Below, piece after piece: positions 1 to 8,339 of a DNA stretch of 64,000 nt. The stretch spans positions 214,987 to 278,986 of the forward strand of contig CAVUFH010000001.1 of assembly GCA_963740835.1 (NCBI GenBank), given 5' to 3'. Made by a program: the position numbers and the translations under genes. Each line of letters opens with the position of its first letter. Position 1 is the stretch's first letter. The notes below the pieces were generated by a model. It made no database searches. It saw only the letters and a list, made by a program, of their open reading frames with translations, and had not been told where the DNA came from. The DNA is from an uncultured Actinomycetes bacterium. GTDB lineage: Bacteria; Actinomycetota; Acidimicrobiia; IMCC26256; PALSA-610.

Positions 1-2
1 GC

Positions 3-251
3 GACCCCGGAACGCTCGCGTCCCTCGCGTGGGACGCCTACATCCGCGGGCAGATCACCGACGCCGCGAGCCTGGCGTCTCGCGCCGCGACCGCGGCCGC
101 ATCGCGATCGCGCCGGGCGCGCCAGCAAGTGGACGTGGTCTGCATCGCCGTCGCCGGCGACGCTGCGCGCGCGTACGGCCTCGCGACGGAGCACCTCGCC
201 GAGTTCCCCGACGACCGGTTGGTACGAAAGGTGCAGCGCGCCTGCGAATGA
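3..251 (+). CDS. C-terminal fragment of an unidentified protein (gene starts left of the window)
   Basis: Frame open from the window edge to TGA 249-251 with G/C-rich third positions (...GLATEHLAEFPDDRLVRKVQRACE*). No family recognised. Absent from the ORF track only because it has no start codon. Confidence 0.3.
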   Translation, partial: DPGTLASLAWDAYIRGQITDAASLASRAATAAASRSRRARQQVDVVCIAVAGDAARAYGLATEHLAEFPDDRLVRKVQRACE

Positions 252-298
252 ACGCCGCACCGGGCGGTGCGACCGACCCGCACGCCCGGGAGTTCAGA

Positions 299-3064
299 TC
301 ATGAGCAGCCGCTCGTGCTGCCGCACGACGGGCACGCGTAGCAGCTACCGGCCCGCTGCATCATGTCGCCGCAGACGTGGCAGAGCACGACCTCGCGCTG
401 GCGCACTTCGGGCGGCGTGCTGCGGGCCGGGATCGCGTCGGAAGGGGCGCGGTCCTCGAGCGGCAGGTCGTTCGAACGGGCGCTGGGCGTGGTCGACTCC
501 TCGACACCGGGCAGCGTCGGCTGCAACCGCTCGCCCACCGTGAGGATCCCGAGCGCTTCGCGCTTGTCCTTCGGCAGGTACTCGACCGCAAGACGGCGGG
601 CGATGTAGTCGATCAGGCTCGTCGCGAACCGGATGTCGGGGTCGTCGGTCATGCCCGCGGGCTCGAAGCGCATGTTCGTGAACATCTCCACGAACGCCTC
701 GAGCGGCACGCCGTACTGCAGACCGTGGCTCACCGAGATCGCGAACGCGTCCATCACGCCCGCGAGCGTCGAGCCCTGCTTGGCGACCTGCAGGAACAGT
801 TCGCCGGGACGGCCGTCCTCGTACTCGCCGACCGTCACGTAGCCGTGGCAGTCGGCGACGCGGAACGAGAACGTCTTCGCGGCACGCGTGCGGGGCAGCT
901 TCTGCCGCACCGGCTCCTGGACGATGATCGTCTCGACGATGCGCTCGACCTCGCGCGCGACGTCACCTTCGGCGCCCGCCTTCTTCTGCGTGGAGAGCGG
1001 CTGGCCGACCTTGCAGTTGTCGCGGTAGATCGCGACCGCCTTCAGGCCGAGCTTCCACGACTCGATGTAGAGGTCCTCGACGTCCTTCGCTCGAGACGTC
1101 TTCGGGCATGTTGACGGTCTTGCTGATCGCGCCGCTGATGAACGGCTGGACCGCCGACATCATCTTCACGTGCCCCATGTAGTGGATCGCGTTGTCGCCC
1201 ATCGAGCACGCGAACACCGGCAAATGCTCGGCCTTGAAGGCCGGCGCGCCGATGATCGTCTTGTGCTCGTCGATGTAGGCGACGATCGCGTCGACCTGGC
1301 CGTCGTCGTATCCGAGCTGACGCAGCGCCCGCGGGATCGTCTGGTTGACGATGAACATCGTGCCCCCGCCGACGAGCTTCTTCGCCTTGGTGAGCGCGAG
1401 GTCGGGCTCGATGCCGGTGGTGTCGCAGTCCATCATCAAGCCGATCGTGCCGGTGGGTGCGAGCACCGACGCCTGCGCGTTGCGCACGCCGTGCCGCTCA
1501 CCGAGCTCGACTGCTTCGTCCCACGACTGCTGCGCGGCCGCGAGCAGGTCCGCAGGCACCCGCGCGTCGTTCACCCCGGCCGCGGCGTCGCGGTGCATGC
1601 GCAGCACGTTCAGCGTGGGCTCGCGGTTCTCGGCGTAGCCCGCGAACGGGCCCATGCGCGCCGCGGTGCGGGCGCTGGTGGCGTACGCGTGCCCGGTCAT
1701 CAGCGACGTGATCGCCGCCGCCCACGCCCGGCCCGCGTCCGAGTCGTAGGGCATGCCTTCGGCCATCAGCAGCGCGCCGAGGTTGGCGTAGCCGAGGCCG
1801 AGCTGGCGGAACACCCGGCTGTTCTGCGCGATCTTCTCGGTCGGGTAGTCGGCGTTGCCGACCAGGATCTCCTGGGCGGTGAACACGACCTCGACCGTGT
1901 GCCGGAACCCGTCGACGTCGAAGCTGCCGTCGTCGGCGAGGTAGTGCAGCAGGTTGATGCTCGCGAGGTTGCACGCCGAGTTGTCGAGGTGCATGTACTC
2001 GGAGCACGGGTTCGACGCGTTGATCGGGCCCGTGTTCGACGCGGTGTGCCACCGGTTGATCGTGGTGTCGAACTGCATGCCCGGGTCCGCGCACTCCCAC
2101 GCCGACTGCGCGATCTGGCGCATGAGGTCGCGCGCCGGCAACGACTTCACCGGTGACCCGTCGATGACCGCCTTGAGGTCCCAGGTGGCGTCGGCTTCGA
2201 CCGCACGCATGAACGCGTCGGTGACCCGCACCGAGTTGTTCGCGTTCTGGTACTGGATCGAGTGGCTGTCGCGACCGTCGAGGTCCATGTCGAAGCCGGC
2301 GTCCCGCAGCGCGCGCGCCTTGCGCTCCTCGACCGCCTTGCACCACACGAACTCTTCGATGTCGGGGTGGTCCGCGTTGAGGATCACCATCTTGGCGGCC
2401 CGCCGGGTCTTGCCACCCGACTTGATCGTGCCGGCCGACGCGTCGGCGCCGCGCATGAAGCTCACCGGCCCGGACGCGGTGCCGCCACCCTTGAGGTGCT
2501 CGACCGACGAGCGGATGCCCGACAGGTTGATACCGGCGCCGGAACCGCCCTTGAAGATGGTCCCTTCCTCCCGGTACCAGTTGAGGATCGCGTCCATCGT
2601 GTCGTCGACGGCGAGGATGAAGCACGCGCTCGCCTGCTGCGGCACGCCCTTCACGCCGATGTTGAACCACACCGGCGAGTTGAACGCGGCGCGCTGGTGC
2701 ACGAGCACGTACTTGAGCTCGGCGCGGAACGCGTCGGCTTCCTCGTCGTCGACGAAGTAGCCGTCACGCACGCCCCAGTCGGCGATCGTGTCGACGACGC
2801 GGTCGATCACCTGGCGCAGCGACGACTCGCGCTCGGGAGTGCCGAGGGTGCCGCGGAAGTACTTCTGGGCGACGATGTTCGTCGCGTTGAGCGACCACGA
2901 CGTGGGGAACTCGACGCCGGGCTGGAAGAAGGCGTCGCCGCCGTCCTTGAAGTTCGGGATCCGCGCGTCCCGGCGCTCCCACTCGACCGTCTCGTAGGGG
3001 TCGGCGCGGGCGTGGTGAAGTGCCGGCTGATCCCGATGCCCAACTGCTGCGGCGCCATCGCCAT
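299..3064 (-). pseudogene. nrdJ: adenosylcobalamin-dependent (class II) ribonucleotide reductase NrdJ, reading frame broken twice
   Basis: Three minus-strand pieces read as one NrdJ. They are MAMAPQQLGIGISRHFTT (frame of ORF 2807-3193), ADPYETVEWERRDARIPNFKDGG...TVNMPEDV (ORF 963-3167), and AKDVEDLYIESWKLGLKAVAIYRDNCKVGQPLS... with a C-terminal CxxC...CPxCG ribbon (frame of ORF 299-910). Frame changes lie near 3007 and 1093. The span is 2766 nt = 922 codons, so the shifts cancel. Confidence 0.9.
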
Positions 3065-3181
3065 GTTCGTGTCTGCCCCCTCCGGCCGTGCGGCCGAACG
3101 TCGTCTGCTCGTGCCCGGTGGTCCGGTCACGCCCCGCACTTGCGCTTCCTGCTGTGTCCCCCGGCATCTCCGGATCAGCGT

Positions 3182-3209
3182 GTCACACCACAAGATCTTG
3201 TGGGGTGAC
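3182..3209 (-). promoter_or_regulatory. 28-bp near-perfect palindrome, candidate NrdR box upstream of nrdJ
   Basis: GTCACACCACAAGATCTTGTGGGGTGAC has 13 of 14 symmetric pairs. The core CCACAAGATCTTGTGG matches 12/16 positions of the published NrdR-box consensus acaCwAtATaTwGtgt. It lies 118 nt upstream of the nrdJ ATG and downstream of a TACAGT -10-like hexamer (3244-3249, minus strand). Confidence 0.5.
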
Positions 3210-3374
3210 CAAACCCGACCGCGAGATGGAGGAGCATTACAGCACTGTAGTTACACCCGCGTCAACGCTTTCCGGCTCGCGAAACGTCCTGGTCGGAGGG
3301 CGTTCGCGAAGGTTTGCACTCGTGCACCGGCGCACAAGCGCCGGCGCCGCCGGGCCGGCTCCGAGCGCGGCGAC

Positions 3375-3839
3375 TCAGCGGCGCTTGGGCTCGGTGGTCT
3401 TCTGGAGCTCACCGACCTCGCGCTCGAAATCCGCAAGGTCCTCGAAGCCCTTGTAGACCGACGCGAACCGCAGGTACGCGACGTCGTCGAGGGCCCGCAG
3501 CCGCTCCAGCACCGCCATCCCGACTCGCTCGCTGCCGACCTCGCCGCCGTCGTCGCGGAGCTCCTCTTCGACCTCGGCGACAAGGGTGTCGATCGTGCCG
3601 GGGTCGAGCCGGTTCGTGGCCGCCCGCTCGACGCCGGCCCGCAGCTTGACCCGGTCGAAGGGCTCAGTGGTCCCGTCGCGCTTGCGCACGACGAGGCCGA
3701 CCTCCTCGACCCGCTCATACGTCGTGTAGCGCCGACCGCAAGCGAGGCACTCACGGCGGCGCCGGATCGCGCCGCCTTCGTCGGCGACGCGCGAGTCGAC
3801 GACCTTGTCGTCGTTCGCCCGGCAGTAGGGACACCGCAC
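3375..3839 (-). CDS. nrdR: transcriptional repressor NrdR
   Basis: GTG start gives MRCPYCRANDDKVVDSR...CLACGRRYTTYE (zinc ribbon) followed by an ATP-cone (...DDVAYLRFASVYKGFEDL...). 154 aa. In frame with ORF 3375-4121, whose upstream extension is Arg/Pro junk. Confidence 0.93.
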   Translation of the reverse strand: MRCPYCRANDDKVVDSRVADEGGAIRRRRECLACGRRYTTYERVEEVGLVVRKRDGTTEPFDRVKLRAGVERAATNRLDPGTIDTLVAEVEEELRDDGGEVGSERVGMAVLERLRALDDVAYLRFASVYKGFEDLADFEREVGELQKTTEPKRR

Positions 3840-3912
3840 ATATCCACCGTATCGGCCGCCCGTACCGTCCGTCGTCGCCGCGATCGTCGCGCCCGTGACC
3901 TGCGCGAGCGCG

Positions 3913-4278
3913 TCAGTCGTCGAGCCAGGTGAGGGTCTCGCCCGGGAGCAGCGCGGCGGTGCCGCGCGCCTGCACGAGCGCATCCACCACGTCGCGCGGG
4001 TCGGAGCCGGGCGCGAGCCGCTTGGCGATCGACCACAGCGTGTCGCCCGGTTCGACCACGACGGTCTCGACCTGCGGGCGGCGCTCGGCGGGGGCAAGGG
4101 AGGACCCGCCGAGCGCCGCACTCGCTTGGCCCACCACCACCACGAGACCGAGGCCGAGTGCCACGGCGACGAACCGACGCCGCCGGTAGACAGCGGCGGT
4201 TCGGTGGCGGCGCGGCGCCTCGGCCGCGGGGTGGTGGCGAACTGGGGAACGAACGGGGAAGGCGACTGCGGCGGCCAT
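3913..4278 (-). CDS. LysM-domain membrane protein, ChiZ-like (SOS-associated cell-wall/division protein)
   Basis: ATG 4278 is preceded by AGGAG (4284-4288). Arg-rich N-terminus, one TM helix (FVAVALGLGLVVVVG), C-terminal LysM (VVVEPGDTLWSIAKRL...GETLTW). Divergent from lexA and upstream of nrdR. Confidence 0.75.
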   Translation of the reverse strand: MAAAVAFPVRSPVRHHPAAEAPRRHRTAAVYRRRRFVAVALGLGLVVVVGQASAALGGSSLAPAERRPQVETVVVEPGDTLWSIAKRLAPGSDPRDVVDALVQARGTAALLPGETLTWLDD

Positions 4279-4290
4279 CAGCACTCCTAC

Positions 4291-4325
4291 TGGACTGGAC
4301 AGGACAGGACAGGACAGGACGGGAC
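4291..4325. repeat. pentanucleotide microsatellite (NGGAC)x7
   Basis: TGGAC TGGAC AGGAC AGGAC AGGAC AGGAC GGGAC head to tail, decaying into GGCGG/GGGCGG units up to about 4350. It starts 3 nt upstream of the LysM gene RBS. Confidence 0.9.
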
Positions 4326-4422
4326 GGCGGGACAGGCGGGGGCGGGGCGGACCAGTGGGCAACCCGTGCGGTCGTATGAGCGACGTGCGTAGCGAACCAC
4401 CCGGGTGAGACATCTACGTTGG

Positions 4423-4438
4423 TCGAACGCCTGTTCGT
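4423..4438. promoter_or_regulatory. LexA operator (SOS box), perfect GAAC-N4-GTTC
   Basis: TCGAACGCCTGTTCGT matches the actinobacterial/Gram-positive SOS box TCGAAC-N4-GTTCGA. It sits in the lexA / LysM-gene divergent intergenic region. Confidence 0.8.
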
Positions 4439-4452
4439 CGTCAAGGAATTTA

Positions 4453-4484
4453 TCGAACGGGTGTTTGCCCCGAACGTGTGATCG
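4453..4484. promoter_or_regulatory. two degenerate SOS-box-like sites just upstream of lexA
   Basis: TCGAACGGGTGTTTGC (one mismatch in the right half-site) and CGAACGTGTGATCG (two mismatches). They lie 16-47 nt upstream of the annotated lexA start. Confidence 0.45.
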
Positions 4485-4499
4485 TGTTACGTTCGGCCG

Positions 4500-5270
4500 A
4501 TGCCGGCAACGACGAACTCGCCCGCCTCCCCAGGCTTCCCGGGAGCCAAGTCCTTCCCGGGCGCCGAAGCCTTCCCGGGAGGTGGTGCGGACCGGGTCGA
4601 CCATCTCGTCTCGGACTCGAAGGCGCGCCGGGAGCGCACCAACGAGCGACCGCTCACCGGGCGCCAGCGCCAGGTGCTCGAGTTCATCGACCGGGAGATC
4701 CGCCAGCGGGGTTACCCGCCGAGCGTCCGCGAGATCGGCGACGCGGTCGGGCTCTCCTCACCGTCCACCGTGCACGCGCACCTGGCCGCGCTCCAGGACA
4801 AGGGCTACCTGCGCCGGGACCCGAGCAAGCCGCGCGCGATGGAGGTCACGCTGGAGCCGACCACCGGCGCTGCGGTCGAGCGCCGCCCGGTGCGGCACAT
4901 CCCGCTGCTCGGTGACGTCGCCGCGGGCACCGGTGTGCTCGCGGCCGAGCACGTCGAAGAGGTCGTGCCCGTCCCGGAGGACTTCACCGGCGACGGCGAC
5001 CTGTTCATGCTCCGGGTCCGGGGCGAGTCGATGATCGAGGCCGGCATCTTCGACCAGGACTACGTCGTGGTCCGCGCCCAGGCGAACGCCGACAACGGCG
5101 ACATCGTCGTCGCGGGGATCCCCGGCGAAGAAGCAACGGTGAAGACGTTCCTGCGCCGGCGGGGCAAGGTCGTCCTGCGACCGGCCAACCCAACGATGGA
5201 CGAGATGATCTTCGACGGTGACGACGTGCAGATCTACGGCAAGGTCGTCACCTTGCTGCGCCGGCTCTGA
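4500..5270 (+). CDS. lexA: SOS repressor LexA
   Basis: Winged HTH (SVREIGDAVGLSSPSTVHAHLAALQDKGYLRR), Ala-Gly cleavage site (GDVAAGTG), S24 Ser/Lys dyad context (VRGESMIEAG ... ATVKTF). The Pro/Gly-rich N-terminal extension leaves the exact start uncertain. Confidence 0.95.
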   Translation: MPATTNSPASPGFPGAKSFPGAEAFPGGGADRVDHLVSDSKARRERTNERPLTGRQRQVLEFIDREIRQRGYPPSVREIGDAVGLSSPSTVHAHLAALQDKGYLRRDPSKPRAMEVTLEPTTGAAVERRPVRHIPLLGDVAAGTGVLAAEHVEEVVPVPEDFTGDGDLFMLRVRGESMIEAGIFDQDYVVVRAQANADNGDIVVAGIPGEEATVKTFLRRRGKVVLRPANPTMDEMIFDGDDVQIYGKVVTLLRRL

Positions 5271-6336
5271 GCCCGAGGAACGCTCGCAGGACATCTGCGC
5301 ACCGGGTGAGATCACCGAGCTCGACGAGTTCCTCCGCGGTGTGCGCGAGCTCCGGGTCACCGGGTCCGTAGTTGCATGCGGCGATCCCGTGCGCGGCGAA
5401 GCGCGCGACATCGGTCCAGCCCAACTTCGGCCGCACCGCCAAGCTGCCCGCGCCGATCAGCTCCTGCACGAGCGGATGCGTGAGGTTCGGCGGCGCGGGC
5501 GGCGAGGCGCTCACCACTTCGAGCGTGTCGGCGTCGCCGAGCAGCTCGTACAGCTCAGTGACGGCGACCTCGACCGTGCGCGACGGCGCGATGCGCCGGT
5601 TGACCACGAACTCGCAGACATCGGGCACGACGTTGTTGGCGATCCCGCCGCGGACGCGCACCACCTGCAGCGCTTCGCGGTAGTCGAGGCCGTCGACGGT
5701 CACCGTCTCGGCTTCGTATCCCGCGCAGCGCGCCAGCGCCGGGGCGGCGCGGTGGATCGCGTTCGTGCCCATCCACGGCCGCGCGGTGTGCGCCCGCTTG
5801 CCGGTGAAGGTCGCGCGCACGTGCACGGTTCCCTGGCACCCGGCCTCCAGCCAGCCGCCCGTGGGCTCGAGCAGGATCGCGAGGTCGCCCGCGACGAGCT
5901 CCGCGTGCTCGGCGAACAGGAAGCGGAGCCCGTTGTGCTCGTCGGCGACCTCTTCGCCCTCGTAGAACACGAGCGTCGCTGCGGATCCACCGGAGTGGGT
6001 GGCGAGATCGCGCGCCAGGTGGAGCAGGACGGCCAGGCCGCCCTTCATGTCCGCGCTGCCGAGGCCGCGCAGCGTCGTGCCGTCCCGCTTCGGGTCCTGG
6101 TTGCCACTCGCGGGAACCGTGTCGAGGTGCCCGCCGAGTACGACCCGATGACCGGCGCCGGCATCGGTGCGCACCACGACGTTGTGCGCGAGTCGCTGGA
6201 TCTCGAGCGCGCCCGCGTGTTCCTGCAGCCACTGCTCGACGAAGTCGGCGAGCACGCCTTCGGTGCCGCTGACCGACGGGATCGCGCAGAGCTGCTCGGT
6301 GAGGTCGAGCAGTTGGCTCGCCGCCGACTCGGTCAC
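5248..6336 (-). CDS. dapE: succinyl-diaminopimelate desuccinylase (M20 peptidase)
   Basis: M20 motifs (VLGGHLDTVP, GSADMKGGLA, FYEGEE). 362 aa. Adjacent to dapD. The 3' end overlaps the lexA 3' end convergently by 23 nt. Confidence 0.88.
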   Translation of the reverse strand: MTESAASQLLDLTEQLCAIPSVSGTEGVLADFVEQWLQEHAGALEIQRLAHNVVVRTDAGAGHRVVLGGHLDTVPASGNQDPKRDGTTLRGLGSADMKGGLAVLLHLARDLATHSGGSAATLVFYEGEEVADEHNGLRFLFAEHAELVAGDLAILLEPTGGWLEAGCQGTVHVRATFTGKRAHTARPWMGTNAIHRAAPALARCAGYEAETVTVDGLDYREALQVVRVRGGIANNVVPDVCEFVVNRRIAPSRTVEVAVTELYELLGDADTLEVVSASPPAPPNLTHPLVQELIGAGSLAVRPKLGWTDVARFAAHGIAACNYGPGDPELAHTAEELVELGDLTRCADVLRAFLGLRAGAAR

Positions 6337-7163
6337 GAGACGATGCCGTGCTCGCGCAGCATGGTGTTGAGCTTCAGCTTGTCGTGCTCCTCATCCTCTT
6401 CGAGATAGCGGAGGATGAGCGCGCAGGGCAGCCCGAACGTGCCCCCGGGGTACTCACGCAGTCGCGTCCCCGACACGACTATCGCACGCTCGGGAATGTC
6501 GCCGCGCCCGACCTCGATGCCGGTCTCGGCTTCGATCACCGGGACGGTCGCGGTCAGGATGAGCCCCGGGCCGATCTTCGCACCTCGGCGCACGCGTGCG
6601 CCTTCGACGATCATGCAGCGTGACCCGATGAAGCAGTCATCTTCGATGACGACGGGCGCGGCCTGCGGTGGTTCGAGGACCCCGCCGATGCCCACGCCTC
6701 CCGAGAGGTGGACCCGCTTCCCGATCTGCGCGCAGGAACCGACCGTCGCCCACGTGTCGACCATCGTGCCCTCGTCTACGTAGGCGCCGATGTTCACGTA
6801 CGAAGGCATCATGACGACCGACGGCGCCAGATACGCACCGAAACGCGCCGACGCACCGGGCACGACGCGGACGCCCGATTCGAGATATCCGTGTTTGAGC
6901 GGCAGCTTGTCGACATACTCGAACGGGCCGGCTTCGAGCTCCTGCATGGCGTTGACGCGGAACCACATCAGCACCGCGTGCTTCGCGTACTCGTTGACGA
7001 CGACTCGCCCGTCGACCACCTCGGCGACGCGGATCTCGCCGCGATCGAGCGCGGCGACCACCGACTCGACGAGATCGTGCGCGGCCGCGGGCGCGAGGAC
7101 GTCGCGCCAGCCGTCGCCGGCCTCCCACAGCTGGGTGACCTGTTTGAGCGTGGCGTCGTCCAC
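6333..7163 (-). CDS. dapD: 2,3,4,5-tetrahydropyridine-2,6-dicarboxylate N-succinyltransferase
   Basis: Left-handed beta-helix hexapeptide repeats (GAYVDEGTMVDTWATVGSCAQIGKRVHLSGGVGIGGVLEP). GTG 7163 preceded by AAAGGA. The stop overlaps the dapE start (4 nt). Confidence 0.88.
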   Translation of the reverse strand: MDDATLKQVTQLWEAGDGWRDVLAPAAAHDLVESVVAALDRGEIRVAEVVDGRVVVNEYAKHAVLMWFRVNAMQELEAGPFEYVDKLPLKHGYLESGVRVVPGASARFGAYLAPSVVMMPSYVNIGAYVDEGTMVDTWATVGSCAQIGKRVHLSGGVGIGGVLEPPQAAPVVIEDDCFIGSRCMIVEGARVRRGAKIGPGLILTATVPVIEAETGIEVGRGDIPERAIVVSGTRLREYPGGTFGLPCALILRYLEEDEEHDKLKLNTMLREHGIVS

Positions 7164-7177
7164 CGGGCGTCCTTTCG

Positions 7178-8320
7178 TCAGCCGCGCCGCGCCCGGGCGG
7201 CCACGTCGAGGCGATCCAGCGCGAGCTGCAGTCGTTCCGTGGGTTGCACGAGGGCGAGGCGCACGTGGTCTGCACCGGCCGCACCGTAGAGGTCGCCCGG
7301 TGACACGAGCGTGCCCGCGTGCGCGAGCCGCGCCGCGATCTCCCACCCGTCGTCGGCGCCGCGCGTGGCGCGCAGCCAGAGGTAAAAGGTGCATGGGCCG
7401 CCGTCGTGCACGAGACCATGCGCGGCGAGGCCGTCGCTCACCAGCTTGCGCCGCTCCTCGTAGCGTTGCCGCTGCTCGGCCACGTGCTCGTCGTCGGCGA
7501 GTGCGGCGGCCGCCGCGGCCTGCACCGGAGTCGGCACCATCAGCCCCGCGTGCTTGCGGGTCTCGAGGAGGTACGTGACCAGATCCGGGTCGCCGGCGTA
7601 GAAGCCGCACCGCATCCCGGCCAGGTTCGACCGCTTCGAGAGGCTGTGCACCGCCAGCACGTTGGTGAGCCCGGAGCTCAGGATCGTCGCGGGCTCCGGC
7701 GCGTACTCGGCGTAGCACTCGTCGCTCGCGGCGATGATGCCGTGCCCGCGCGCCCACTCGGCGATCGCCGCGAAGCACGCGGAGTCAGCGACCGAGCTGG
7801 TGGGATTCCCCGGTTCGTTCACCCAGAGCACGAGCGCGCGTTCGGCGTCTGCGGGCGCGATCGAGTCGAGATCGAGGTGCCAGTCGGTGTCGACCGCGAC
7901 CGGCACCGCGCGGCAACCGGCGAGCGTTGCACCCATCTCGTAGGTGGGATACGCGACCGCGGGATAGAGCACCGTGTCGCGCGCCGGATTCCGCAGCTTC
8001 AGGAGGTGCGGCAATGACGCGACGAACTCCTTGGTGCCCACGCACGCACCGACCTGATCGGCGGCAATCCCGACGTCGAAGCGCCGGCCGAACCATTCCG
8101 CGGCGGCGGTGCGGAGTGCGGCACTGCCCGCAGACGCGGGATATCCCATCGACGCGTCCAGCACGCGCGCGGCCGCGCCCGACGCGACCTCGGGAACCGG
8201 ATCGCAGGGCGTGCCGATCGAGCAGTCGACGATGCCACCGGGCAGGCTGTCGGCGAGTCGCTTCAGCGCGTCAAGCCGCTCGTACGGGTACGGCGGCGGC
8301 ACGAATCCCGGATCACTCAC
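7178..8320 (-). CDS. dapC: succinyldiaminopimelate aminotransferase (class I PLP aminotransferase, actinobacterial DapC type)
   Basis: 380 aa. PLP-lysine context HSLSKRSNLAGMRCG, N-terminal PYPYERLD...SIGTPCDPVP. Sits directly upstream of dapD. Confidence 0.82.
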   Translation of the reverse strand: MSDPGFVPPPYPYERLDALKRLADSLPGGIVDCSIGTPCDPVPEVASGAAARVLDASMGYPASAGSAALRTAAAEWFGRRFDVGIAADQVGACVGTKEFVASLPHLLKLRNPARDTVLYPAVAYPTYEMGATLAGCRAVPVAVDTDWHLDLDSIAPADAERALVLWVNEPGNPTSSVADSACFAAIAEWARGHGIIAASDECYAEYAPEPATILSSGLTNVLAVHSLSKRSNLAGMRCGFYAGDPDLVTYLLETRKHAGLMVPTPVQAAAAAALADDEHVAEQRQRYEERRKLVSDGLAAHGLVHDGGPCTFYLWLRATRGADDGWEIAARLAHAGTLVSPGDLYGAAGADHVRLALVQPTERLQLALDRLDVAARARRG

Positions 8321-8339
8321 GCGTCGAGACTACCGGTCG

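Noticed and set aside
3065-3374. Looked for a cobalamin riboswitch in the 310-nt nrdR-nrdJ spacer, since NrdJ is B12-dependent.
   Set aside because: I could not recognise a B12-box-like element or the conserved GCCACUG core. B12 riboswitches normally repress B12-independent isozymes, not nrdJ. The palindrome fits NrdR control instead. Only an Infernal search could fully exclude it.
4291-4350. Checked whether the short repeats (4291-4350, 43701-43727, 61471-61518, 15961-16004) could be CRISPR arrays.
   Set aside because: Units are 5-18 bp, either contiguous or present only twice. There are no 25-40-bp repeat/spacer alternations and no cas genes.
3913-4413. The 166-aa version of the LysM ORF (ATG 4413) would place the pentanucleotide repeat inside coding sequence and make it a frame-shifting phase-variation switch.
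   Set aside because: Codons between 4413 and 4279 have poor third-position GC (tct, cta, ata, act, tgt, agt, gta...), unlike real genes here. A good AGGAG RBS precedes ATG 4278. ATG 4413 sits only 10 nt from the SOS box. The shorter start is therefore preferred. The longer form is not excluded, because M. tuberculosis ChiZ has a comparably long N-terminus.
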